DNA of 27,673 bases from Pseudobdellovibrionaceae bacterium (GTDB taxonomy: Bacteria; Bdellovibrionota; Bdellovibrionia; Bdellovibrionales; Bdellovibrionaceae). The stretch covers positions 1-27,673 of the forward strand of contig JBIKLL010000030.1 of the NCBI GenBank assembly GCA_044359815.1, given 5' to 3'. The notes under the pieces are model-generated. The model was not told where the DNA came from, searched no databases, and saw only the letters and a program-made list of their open reading frames with translations. The position numbers and the translations under genes were made by a program. This document shows positions 1-8,304 of this stretch, in pieces (the stretch's first letter is position 1; each line of letters opens with the position of its first letter).

Positions 1-2
1 CA

Positions 3-242
3 CATTGGGATTTAAGCGCTCAAGGCGCGAACACTTGCAAAAACTTTATCGACATCCCTGATTTTGCAATTCCCACATACCATTTCAGAGTTTCTGCCTG
101 CACCAACGGAGTTTTTTATGAAAACGGCAGAAAAATGGTCGGCGTAGTTGGTTCCATCAGATACCGAACCGATGTCCGAGGTTTGCCCGATGGTCGATAC
201 ATGGATTTTGTCCGAGAGAATTTTCAAGTTTTGACCTACTGA
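3..242 (+). CDS. 3' end of a hypothetical protein entering from the left edge
   Basis: Frame +3 is open from the window edge (HWDLSAQGANTCKNF...RENFQVLTY) to TGA at 240-242 and is followed by a terminator. It is absent from the ORF track because the start lies outside the window. Confidence 0.7.
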   Translation, partial: HWDLSAQGANTCKNFIDIPDFAIPTYHFRVSACTNGVFYENGRKMVGVVGSIRYRTDVRGLPDGRYMDFVRENFQVLTY

Positions 243-288
243 GACCTTCAGTTAAACCGAACCGATTAATCAGTCTGTCATCAAATTC

Positions 289-326
289 AAAAGCCCTATC
301 TGGCCGTCGCTAGTTAGGGCTTTTTT
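289..326. terminator. Probable bidirectional intrinsic terminator
   Basis: AAAAGCCCTA...TAGGGCTTTTTT stem with A and T tails, between two convergent genes. Confidence 0.7.
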
Positions 327-366
327 GCGTTTATTCCAAAGGCTTCTTAAATCATATCGTAAAAGT

Positions 367-1104
367 CTACTGCGGCCCAAAGGCATACAGCAGGGTTCCG
401 CCCTTTAATAGATCGATCACCCTTGTGCGGTTTTGCATCGAAATCGCGGGGCAGCCCCAACTGCGGCCCTGAATCACAGATCGATCCTGTACATAATCCG
501 CACCATGGATGACGACGGCTCGGCTGCGAGCATTTGAATTGCTGGTTGATAAGCCATCAAGCCTTAGCGAATATCCATGTTTGCCGCTATAAGTTTCTGC
601 AGCCTTATATGGACCCAGTGACGAAGCATTAGATCCTGATTTATTACTGAATTTTTCGGCATAGCCATCGTGATTGGCATCAGAGCCTTTACCATGTGCT
701 GTATGCAGGGCCCAAACCGCGCCCGTGTTCAGATTGATAATAAAAAGTCTTTTGCGCTTTGAGCTTTTTCGAAAATCTATGATTGCTATATGACGGTTGT
801 TATTAAACCTGGATTTGTTGGCATCATAAAAAGCCACTGTCCTGGCCAACAATTTGGGATCGATTTCTTTATTAGGATCCAAGTGCGAATAAGATTCAGG
901 CAAAATTTCAGGTTCAGTTAACTCTTGATCAGGCGACGTAATGATGTCGGGCTCACCCTGTGAGTCACCGTCGCGGTCAGGATTGTTTGCCGATTCATCG
1001 CTGGGATCATCGGGTAAAAATTCGGCAGAAATATTGGGCTCAGAACAACTGGTTAATGCAAAGGTAGTAAACATCAAAATGCCAAGGCTGATTGAAAGTT
1101 TCAT
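367..1104 (-). CDS. L,D-transpeptidase catalytic-domain (YkuD-like) lipoprotein
   Basis: Lipobox LTSC, acidic linker, DFRKSSKRKRLF, HGKGS, and catalytic VIHGA...GRSWGCPA (HxxxxSxGC-type). Start placed at MKLSIS behind GGAGG; the ORF track starts at 1116. Confidence 0.85.
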   Translation of the reverse strand: MKLSISLGILMFTTFALTSCSEPNISAEFLPDDPSDESANNPDRDGDSQGEPDIITSPDQELTEPEILPESYSHLDPNKEIDPKLLARTVAFYDANKSRFNNNRHIAIIDFRKSSKRKRLFIINLNTGAVWALHTAHGKGSDANHDGYAEKFSNKSGSNASSLGPYKAAETYSGKHGYSLRLDGLSTSNSNARSRAVVIHGADYVQDRSVIQGRSWGCPAISMQNRTRVIDLLKGGTLLYAFGPQ

Positions 1105-1140
1105 TCTTTCCTCCATGAAAGATTGTTTTCAAACGTCTGC

Positions 1141-1158
1141 TTAGACAAATTGTCTCAA
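1141..1158. promoter_or_regulatory. Palindromic putative operator upstream of the L,D-transpeptidase gene
   Basis: TTAGACAAATTGTCTCAA, core AGACAA-A-TTGTCT, about 40 bp upstream of the start codon. Confidence 0.3.
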
Positions 1159-1263
1159 TTTATTTGGGGACAGCAAAAGGCCTGCTGGACCTAATCTCGC
1201 CGTTTTTGATTTGCACTAAGGCTTGGTGGGACCAGCTTGTGAGTATTTAATTTAATTTCAGTT

Positions 1264-1773
1264 GAAACCTTCATTAGATTTAGTTTTTTTGGCTCTAAGA
1301 ATAAGATTTTTCAAAATCTTTCTTAAACTGGCCCACTTGGCTTCGGTTACTTTGAATTTTAAAAAATATTTCTATGATTTTACATCTTGTTAATACTTGC
1401 TAACGGCCGCAAGCTCATCTCTCGTATTGCTTGCATGCAAAGGTAATTTGTTTTTACTGTTTTTAGACACATGCAGCGAGCGTGCGGGGCATATCTGGTG
1501 TTGAGTCATTTTATAAAAGCAAAAGAATTGCTTTTATAAAATGAATCAATACGAGAGATGAGCCCGCGGCCGTTAGCGAGTGTCTAAAAATAGTGAAAAA
1601 AATTATCTTTGCATTTACGCATCACGAGATATGCGTCGAAAAATTAAACGTCGCGCTCGCAAATGTATTCACAAGATGTAAAATCATAGAAATATTTTTT
1701 AAAATTCAAAGTAACCAAAGCCAACGGTGCCATCTAGAATCTTGTTCCAACAGAATGAAAAACTAAATCTAAA
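1264..1773. repeat. ~510-bp multi-palindromic non-coding element (structured ncRNA or ssDNA-folding non-autonomous element)
   Basis: Inverted-repeat pairs: 1274-1288/1758-1772 (15/15), 1299-1308/1738-1747 (9/10), A 1337-1390/1671-1724 (53/54), B 1396-1429/1547-1580 (31/34), C 1435-1470/1580-1614 (32 matches, 3 G-T, 1 bulge), D 1476-1486/1649-1660, E 1489-1500/1623-1634 (11/12), hairpin F 1501-1522/1528-1549 (21/22). No ORF of 60 aa or more. The repeats are certain; the function is not. Confidence 0.9.
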
Positions 1774-1787
1774 TAATTTCAGTTCAT

Positions 1788-2069
1788 CTACAGATTATTG
1801 AGTGATTTACCCATGGATTCGATTTCTTTTTTGAATTCTGCAAAAACGGCTTCTTCGATCATGGCTCTGGTTTCTTGATTTAGGGGATGGGCGATGTCGC
1901 GGAACTGTCCGTCCTTGCGTTTTTTACTGGGCATGGCGACGAATAATCCGTCAGTTCCTGCGATGACTTTTAAATCGCGGATCACAAAACATTCATCAAT
2001 GGTAATGGTGACATAGGCTTTCAGGCGTTCCTCATTAACAGGGAACACTTTGACTTCGGTGATTTTCAT
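1788..2069 (-). CDS. spoVG: SpoVG family nucleic-acid-binding regulator
   Basis: MKITEVKV...LKAYVTITID..FVIRDLKVI.G..GLFVAMPSKK.KDG.FRDIAHPLN matches the SpoVG pattern. SD AAGGAG precedes the ATG at 2069. Confidence 0.95.
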   Translation of the reverse strand: MKITEVKVFPVNEERLKAYVTITIDECFVIRDLKVIAGTDGLFVAMPSKKRKDGQFRDIAHPLNQETRAMIEEAVFAEFKKEIESMGKSLNNL

Positions 2070-2119
2070 AGATGACTCCTTGTTGCAAAATCTATTGCGG
2101 GGCTCTCGCCACAAGAAAT

Positions 2120-2147
2120 CTATCGGACGAAGGTCTAGGTAGCTTTA
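2120..2147 (-). promoter_or_regulatory. Putative sigma28 (FliA) promoter of spoVG
   Basis: Minus strand reads TAAA-N16-TCCGATAG, about 50 nt before the start. Confidence 0.6.
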
Positions 2148-2181
2148 TAGGTTATCTGGTTTCTGCAGCTAACATTAAGGA

Positions 2182-3261
2182 TTATTGTCTTTTTTTAGGA
2201 CGTTCACCGACTAAAACTGAGAGTTTTTTTGGACGCCCGTCGCGCAGCACTTCAACGTCTATTTTTGAACCAATTTTGGCATCGCCCACCAGATCCCTCA
2301 GGTCATCCGATGATTTTACTTTTTTGCCGTTAAATTTAACCACAATGTCGTAAATTCTTAAACCACTGCGATCAGCAGGGCTGCCCCTTTCGATCCCAGC
2401 TACGACGGCACCATCAGTGTCCTTTAATCCCAACTGTTTTGCTGCAATCACATCTAAATCTGCTAATCCCACACCCAAAAATCCCCTAACAATCTGACCG
2501 TTTTTTTCAAGCTGAGGAATAATAGTCTTAACGTCATCAATAGGAATGGCAAAACCAATGCCCTGTGCCCTGGCATCAATGGCCGCATTAACCCCGATGA
2601 CCTGTCCCCGCAGATTCACCAATGGTCCTCCGGAATTTCCGGGATTAATGGGAGTGTCTGTTTGGATTAATGGAAATTTATTAATTTCGCTTAAGGCTCG
2701 GCCCTTGGCGCTGATGATACCCTTTGCCATTGAATGACCTTGGCCAAAGGGATTTCCAAAAGCCGCCACCCATTCTCCGACCTCAAGCTCGGTCGAAGAG
2801 CCCAACGTCACAGCCGGAAGTTTTCCATCATGGGAAATTTTAATCAGAGCTATGTCGGTTCTTTCATCGCCACCGATGACCTTGGCCTCATATAATTTGG
2901 TGCTGGATTCTGATAGCTGAATCTGGATCACATCAGCACCTGCAATGACGTGATTGTTTGTTACAATTAATCCGTCATCCCTGATTATAAATCCCGAGCC
3001 CAAAGATTGTTGTGGCCGATTATAGGGAGTCATCGGGAATCCATAAAATTGTTCCAGCATTTCCATCATAGGGTCACGCATGCGACCCTTTTTGGGCGCT
3101 GAGCTGGTTGAAATATTAACGATGGATGGATTGATTAATTTTGCCAATTCGACAAAAGCATTTACCGGCAAGGGGTCGTTCATTTTTGTCGTCGGTAATT
3201 TGCTTTGAGCAAATCCAATCGAAGCCACACAAATAGACAAAGCCAAAATTAACAGTTTCAT
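2182..3261 (-). CDS. HtrA/DegQ-family periplasmic serine protease with a single PDZ domain
   Basis: Signal peptide; GSGFII, TNNHVI, TDIALIKI, INPGNSGGPL catalytic triad; one C-terminal PDZ. Start placed at MKLLIL behind GGAGG. Confidence 0.95.
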   Translation of the reverse strand: MKLLILALSICVASIGFAQSKLPTTKMNDPLPVNAFVELAKLINPSIVNISTSSAPKKGRMRDPMMEMLEQFYGFPMTPYNRPQQSLGSGFIIRDDGLIVTNNHVIAGADVIQIQLSESSTKLYEAKVIGGDERTDIALIKISHDGKLPAVTLGSSTELEVGEWVAAFGNPFGQGHSMAKGIISAKGRALSEINKFPLIQTDTPINPGNSGGPLVNLRGQVIGVNAAIDARAQGIGFAIPIDDVKTIIPQLEKNGQIVRGFLGVGLADLDVIAAKQLGLKDTDGAVVAGIERGSPADRSGLRIYDIVVKFNGKKVKSSDDLRDLVGDAKIGSKIDVEVLRDGRPKKLSVLVGERPKKRQ

Positions 3262-3286
3262 AAAAAATCCTCCCAAATATTCAGAC

Positions 3287-3562
3287 TTATTTTGTATTTA
3301 AAAATTTGGTCTGAAGGTCGTTAATGATTGATTGTAAAAACTGAGTTTCATCAGAATTTAAATTTCCTGTGGTTTTTTCTTTAAGCATCAACAATAAATC
3401 AATGTTGAATCTGGCCATGTCCTTATCCACCGTAGTTTTGTTGCCATCATGGGGGTTGGGGGCCAGTCCCAAAGACATTACGGCACTAGACGCAATGGAC
3501 ATGGTCAAGACACTAAACGATGCCTCTAGTTGTTGCATTGATTGTTGCGATGGGTTTTGCAT
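3287..3562 (-). CDS. DUF1844-like protein
   Basis: F..L..S..SSA...LG..PNP...D...A+..ID.L..L.EKT.GNL..DE..FL...L+..F pattern. Confidence 0.75.
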   Translation of the reverse strand: MQNPSQQSMQQLEASFSVLTMSIASSAVMSLGLAPNPHDGNKTTVDKDMARFNIDLLLMLKEKTTGNLNSDETQFLQSIINDLQTKFLNTK

Positions 3563-3604
3563 AAAGGCCTTTCCGTAAATGCTATTGCTATAAATTTATA
3601 TCCC

Positions 3605-4414
3605 TTAAAGGGGATAGGTACCTATAATATTTTTTATTCTTGATTTCAACTCGGGCTGAAAATGCAAAAATAAATTTTCGCGCTGAGTTTGATCGGGATT
3701 TACAATAAATAAATGCCCAGTGCAGGGCGGGATTTTTTGTTCAGAGGCCAGTGCCAGATTTTCCAGTTTATACAGTGCAGAGGCCAAATCGCGCTTGTCC
3801 TCGATCAGGTGAACAGCGTCTAAATCATTACGCAGGTAGTTTTTTGAGTTCACAGTCATACGCACAATAAACCAGCTAAAGGGCGAAAATATTTTGACAA
3901 AAAACTTAAACTTAAAGGGCCAAAATTCATCAGCAATAGCCGCAAAACCCAACAGCGAATTAGCAATCACCGATGCCACTCCAAATGCCAAGGTGTCAAA
4001 ACGATTGATCTGACAGATTTGATGGGCCAAAACCGCACGGACTTCATTTTTGCTAAGGTGCTTCATAAGCCCGGTTGACACACCGATGCTGCCCTTTTTC
4101 AAATAAGTGCCAATAGTCATCGCAGTGGGCAATTCCCAATCGACCACATACAGTCTGGGCGCTTCGATATGCAGTTTCTCAGAATGTTCCTTAATAATAG
4201 GCAACAGTCCCCAGGGATCCTGTCCTTCAATTAATTTTGCATTTAATTTTCCCAGAAGGTTTGATTTGCCAAAGAAAAAAACCATCATGTTTATATTTGT
4301 GGCAATCAAGAAACCGATAAACAAACCCCATCGCTCAGCGATTTCGTAGCCAAAAAACAAAACACTCAAGCTAATCAATATGCCGACAAGCCAGACTTTG
4401 GTGGGTGTAGTCAT
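3605..4414 (-). CDS. HtpX/M48-family membrane protein with degenerate zinc motif
   Basis: N-terminal TM helices, P.LYV, IGVSTGL, EVRAVLAHQICQI, LASALYKLE, HLFIVNP. Start probably MTTPTK; the ORF track starts at 4471. Confidence 0.8.
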   Translation of the reverse strand: MTTPTKVWLVGILISLSVLFFGYEIAERWGLFIGFLIATNINMMVFFFGKSNLLGKLNAKLIEGQDPWGLLPIIKEHSEKLHIEAPRLYVVDWELPTAMTIGTYLKKGSIGVSTGLMKHLSKNEVRAVLAHQICQINRFDTLAFGVASVIANSLLGFAAIADEFWPFKFKFFVKIFSPFSWFIVRMTVNSKNYLRNDLDAVHLIEDKRDLASALYKLENLALASEQKIPPCTGHLFIVNPDQTQRENLFLHFQPELKSRIKNIIGTYPL

Positions 4415-4577
4415 GATTTGTCTATTAAACAAACCGCGGATCAGTTTGTAAAGCTCGGTTTTGCTTTGCATCAGTAGGTGTTAAAAAATCTTCATCGCAG
4501 CAATATTGAAAAATCATCTGTATTCTGCAAACTGGTTTGCAAACCCAAGACTGAATTTAGTTGGTAAAGGAGTTCTT

Positions 4578-5567
4578 ATGGAAGTCGATGTTCTGGCCCT
4601 AAACGCAGCAGTGAAGCAAGAAAGCCAATTTGTCGAAAAAATGATGAACGAGGTTTCAAAGGTCATCGTCGGTCAAAAAGAAATGGTCGAAGGCATTATG
4701 ATGGGGCTTTTGACCGGAGGCCACGTGCTGTTGGAAGGCGTACCGGGTCTTGCGAAAACTTTGACCATATCAGCGATTTCAAATTCGGTGTCTTTGCAGT
4801 TTCAAAGAATCCAGTTCACTCCGGATTTGTTACCCACAGATTTAATCGGGACTATGATTTTTAATCCCAAATCAGGTGAGTTCGCACCAAAAAAGGGGCC
4901 GATTTTTACAAACATCGTTTTAGCGGATGAAATCAATCGCGCTCCCGCAAAAGTGCAATCAGCCTTGCTGGAAGCCATGGCTGAAAAACAAGTCACCATT
5001 GGTGATCAATCTTATCCACTGGAAGCACCCTTTCTGGTTTTAGCTACACAGAATCCTCTGGAGCAAGAGGGCACTTATCCATTGCCAGAAGCGCAGATGG
5101 ATCGATTTATGTTTAAAATAAATGTCGAATACCCCAACAAAACAGAAGAACTGGAAATTGTAAATCGCATGGGGAAAAACCAAAAGCCCGAAGTCAAACC
5201 CGTGATCACCAAAGAAGATTTACTCAGAGCCTCTGAGCGCATTGATCAGATTTATGTCGACAACAAAGTTAAAAACTACATCGTAGAAATCATTATGGCT
5301 TCACGAAAACCAAACGACTACGGACTGGGTACAGTGGCACAATTGATTTCGGTGGGTGGATCGCCCCGGGCCAGTATTTCGTTAATCAGAGCTGCAAAAG
5401 CTCACGCGTTTTTGCGTGGCCGTGGTTATGTGACATCAGAAGATGTTAAGTCCATTGCGTATCATGTTCTAAGACACAGATTGATTTTGACTTACGAAGC
5501 CGAGGCCGAAAATGTTAAAACCGACGAAGTCATCAAGGAAATCCTGGCCAAGGTAGAGGTTCCATGA
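4578..5567 (+). CDS. moxR: MoxR-family AAA+ ATPase
   Basis: GHVLLEGVPGLAKT, RIQFTPDLLP, LADEINRAPAKVQSALLEAM, ATQNPLEQEGTYPLPEAQMDRF. SD AAGGAG precedes the ATG at 4578. Confidence 0.97.
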   Translation: MEVDVLALNAAVKQESQFVEKMMNEVSKVIVGQKEMVEGIMMGLLTGGHVLLEGVPGLAKTLTISAISNSVSLQFQRIQFTPDLLPTDLIGTMIFNPKSGEFAPKKGPIFTNIVLADEINRAPAKVQSALLEAMAEKQVTIGDQSYPLEAPFLVLATQNPLEQEGTYPLPEAQMDRFMFKINVEYPNKTEELEIVNRMGKNQKPEVKPVITKEDLLRASERIDQIYVDNKVKNYIVEIIMASRKPNDYGLGTVAQLISVGGSPRASISLIRAAKAHAFLRGRGYVTSEDVKSIAYHVLRHRLILTYEAEAENVKTDEVIKEILAKVEVP

Positions 5568-5571
5568 ATCC

Positions 5572-6450
5572 ATGGAAATACCCAGCCATATTCTTAAAAA
5601 AGTAAAACTACTGGAGCTGCAAACCCGCAAACTGGTTAACAACACCTTGGCTGGTGTTTATCACACACGCTTTAAGGGGCAGGGGATGTCCTTTGCGGAT
5701 TTTAGGGAATACGTTCCTGGTGACGACGTCCGATCTATCTCGTGGACGCTGACCGCGAAAGCCGGCAAACCCTACATCAAAAAATTTGACGAAGAACGCG
5801 AGCTCACCATGATTTTAGCTGTGGATATCAGTGGATCAACAGAATTTGGAACGGGTGAATTTTTAAAAGGCGAAGTTTTGACCTTTGTATCAGCGCTGCT
5901 GGGATTTGCAGCTGAACGAAATCGGGACCAAGTAGGGTTGTTATTATTTTCAGATCGGGTCGAACACTTTGTGCCGCCAGGCAAGGGCCGTGGTCATATT
6001 TTACGTATTTTGCGGGATTTGTTTTATCACAAACCTGTCAGTTCAAAAACCAACATCAAAATCGCCAGTGATTATTTAATTGGTATTTTAAAAAAACGAG
6101 CCAGTATTTTTTTGATGAGTGATTTTTTTGATGAGGGTTTTGACCGAGCACTAAAATTACTGGGGAAAAAGCATGATGTGGCAGCCTGCTTGGTTCAGGA
6201 CCCCAGCGAGGTCCAATTGCAAGAGGTCGGTTTGCTGGATGTCGAAGACGCCGAAACCGGAGAATTTATCACGGTCGATACCTCGTCTGGATTTTTCAAA
6301 CAGGGGTTTCACAAAAATCAGGTGCAGTGGTTAAAAAATCGTGAACAGATTTTAAAATCCTCGGGCATTGCCAGAATTAATTTATCCACCCGGGGTGATT
6401 ACGCAAAACCGATTATGGAATTTTTTGAAAGGCAAAAGCGATCCAGATGA
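5572..6450 (+). CDS. DUF58 domain protein (MoxR-associated)
   Basis: G.Y.TRFKGQG..FAD.REY.PGDDVR.I.W, FDEERE, VDISGS; canonical position after moxR. Confidence 0.93.
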   Translation: MEIPSHILKKVKLLELQTRKLVNNTLAGVYHTRFKGQGMSFADFREYVPGDDVRSISWTLTAKAGKPYIKKFDEERELTMILAVDISGSTEFGTGEFLKGEVLTFVSALLGFAAERNRDQVGLLLFSDRVEHFVPPGKGRGHILRILRDLFYHKPVSSKTNIKIASDYLIGILKKRASIFLMSDFFDEGFDRALKLLGKKHDVAACLVQDPSEVQLQEVGLLDVEDAETGEFITVDTSSGFFKQGFHKNQVQWLKNREQILKSSGIARINLSTRGDYAKPIMEFFERQKRSR

Positions 6451-7301
6451 TAGAGCTTAATTGCAGGGTGCAAGAAAATCCAGAACCACTAACGGTCGGG
6501 AGCCTCATAGCCGTTCGTTGCGATGGTGATGTGTCGGCGATTAATGTGGACACATCAACTGTTTCCCTGGCTGATGCTGATTTGTATAAATTCAAAGTTT
6601 TGAAAGCTCAGAAGGAAGGCGGAGCGCTTCAGCTGCAGGTCACCAGTTACGAACCTGGCAATCACCAGTTTGCAGAAATCAAAATGATCGATGGGGACAC
6701 TCAGTACAGTCTTAAAAATATTCAATACACTGTGACCAGTGTGATCGATCCCCAGGATCCACCTAAGGGGCCCTTTCCACCTATGGGGCCATTTACAATC
6801 AGCTGGCCTGTTTATGTTTATATTGTGTTAGCCAGTTTGTTGTTAGCGTTGTTGGGTCCGATAATTTGGTCAATGCTTAGACGGCGCAGATTCAAATCTT
6901 GGCTTAAACAAATGGATGTGGTCGGCAAACAGGACCAAGCCAGTTCACAGTATTTTTTTGCAGCCAGAAAATTAAATTCCTCAAAATCCGAAAATATTTC
7001 AGTGGGCGAAAAACTGGCGACGCTTGAAAATGAGTTTATGATTTGGCTTGCTAAAAAATTTCAGATCCCCAGTTTAAAAATAGGACCTGACAAAACCGTT
7101 AAAATGATTGCTACCAAAAATAAAAGTCTGATGGTGGAAACAGAAAATAATTTAAAAAAAATCATCAATGAGTTTCAAAAAATCAAAAAATCAGAAACAA
7201 AGCATCAGAAAGATTTTGAGCAAATGTACAGGACTTGCCAAAGATTTATCGACCAGACTGATAAAATTTTAAAAGATTCCCGAGGTAAAAATGCAGTTTA
7301 G
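6447..7301 (+). CDS. Single-pass membrane protein of the MoxR/Bat operon
   Basis: Overlaps both neighbours; Pro-rich linker, TM helix, then RRRR; usual position between DUF58 and BatA. Confidence 0.75.
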   Translation: MIELNCRVQENPEPLTVGSLIAVRCDGDVSAINVDTSTVSLADADLYKFKVLKAQKEGGALQLQVTSYEPGNHQFAEIKMIDGDTQYSLKNIQYTVTSVIDPQDPPKGPFPPMGPFTISWPVYVYIVLASLLLALLGPIIWSMLRRRRFKSWLKQMDVVGKQDQASSQYFFAARKLNSSKSENISVGEKLATLENEFMIWLAKKFQIPSLKIGPDKTVKMIATKNKSLMVETENNLKKIINEFQKIKKSETKHQKDFEQMYRTCQRFIDQTDKILKDSRGKNAV

Positions 7302-8304
7302 AACCTCAGAATTTTTTGTGTTTTTATTGGCGGTGATTGCCCTGGGGCTATGGCTGTTTTTTAGGAACAAACATAAATACCAGGGTTCGTTAAAATTTTC
7401 TTCGATCGTAAACATTAAAGCCACTCAGGCTGGCATCAGGGCCAAGCTTAAAGACTTTCCTTTGTTGCTAAAGCTGATTGCCATGGTTTTAATTGTGATT
7501 GCACTGGCCAGGCCCCAGACTTCAGACACCTTGGTTAAAAAAAATGTGGATGGGATTGATATTATCATCGCGCTGGATGTCTCGGATTCGATGACGATCG
7601 AGGACATGAAGCCCAACAACAGATTGGAAGCCGCAAAAGACATCATTGCCAATTTTATGGATAAGCGAGAAAGCGATCGTATTGGTATGGTGATTTTTGC
7701 CGGTGAATCCTTCACCCTGGTGCCGCTAACATTGGACTATGATTTGCTGAAATCCAGGGTTGATGAAATCACCACCGCCAGAAAAGCCCGTATCAAAGAC
7801 GGCACAGCCATTGGTGTGGCCCTGGCCAATGCCGCAGGAAGGTTGAAAGAATCCACTGCTAAAAACCGTGTGATTATTTTTCTGACGGACGGGGAAAATA
7901 ATTCGGGAACCATTGATCCTTCAACAGCTTTGGATATTGCAAAAGGGTATGGATTAAAAATTTATTCAATCGGTATTGGTAAAGACGGACCGACCAGAAT
8001 TCCTGTTCCCGGAGTTGATTTATTTGGAAATCCTGTGAAAACCTATCAGCCCTTTGAATCCTACGTTAACGATGAGTTGCTGGGGCGAATGGCTTCCGAG
8101 ACTTCGGGTAAATACTATCGCGCCACCGACGAAAAAGCTTTAACCGAAGTTTTTAACGACATTGATCGGTTGGAAAAAACAAAAATCGACGTCAATAGGT
8201 TTACAAAATACACAGAGCTGTTTCCCAGATTTTTAATGCTGGCAATTTTATTTGCCATGTCTGGTATGTTTTTAAGTGCTACGGTTTTACGGAGGGCTCC
8301 ATGA
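7291..8304 (+). CDS. batA: BatA-like VWA domain membrane protein
   Basis: ALARPQ, MIDAS DVSDS, PLTLD, GTAIG, LTDGENNSG; N- and C-terminal TM helices. Confidence 0.9.
   Translation: MQFRTSEFFVFLLAVIALGLWLFFRNKHKYQGSLKFSSIVNIKATQAGIRAKLKDFPLLLKLIAMVLIVIALARPQTSDTLVKKNVDGIDIIIALDVSDSMTIEDMKPNNRLEAAKDIIANFMDKRESDRIGMVIFAGESFTLVPLTLDYDLLKSRVDEITTARKARIKDGTAIGVALANAAGRLKESTAKNRVIIFLTDGENNSGTIDPSTALDIAKGYGLKIYSIGIGKDGPTRIPVPGVDLFGNPVKTYQPFESYVNDELLGRMASETSGKYYRATDEKALTEVFNDIDRLEKTKIDVNRFTKYTELFPRFLMLAILFAMSGMFLSATVLRRAP

Noticed and set aside
12..227. 71-aa minus-strand ORF
   Set aside because: It is antisense to a + strand frame that is open from the window edge and ends before a terminator.
1264..1773. 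CRISPR array, tRNA, autonomous IS, or retron msr-msd as the identity of the palindromic element
   Set aside because: The repeats are inverted, not regularly spaced direct repeats. There is no cloverleaf, no internal ORF, and no cas gene or reverse transcriptase in the window.
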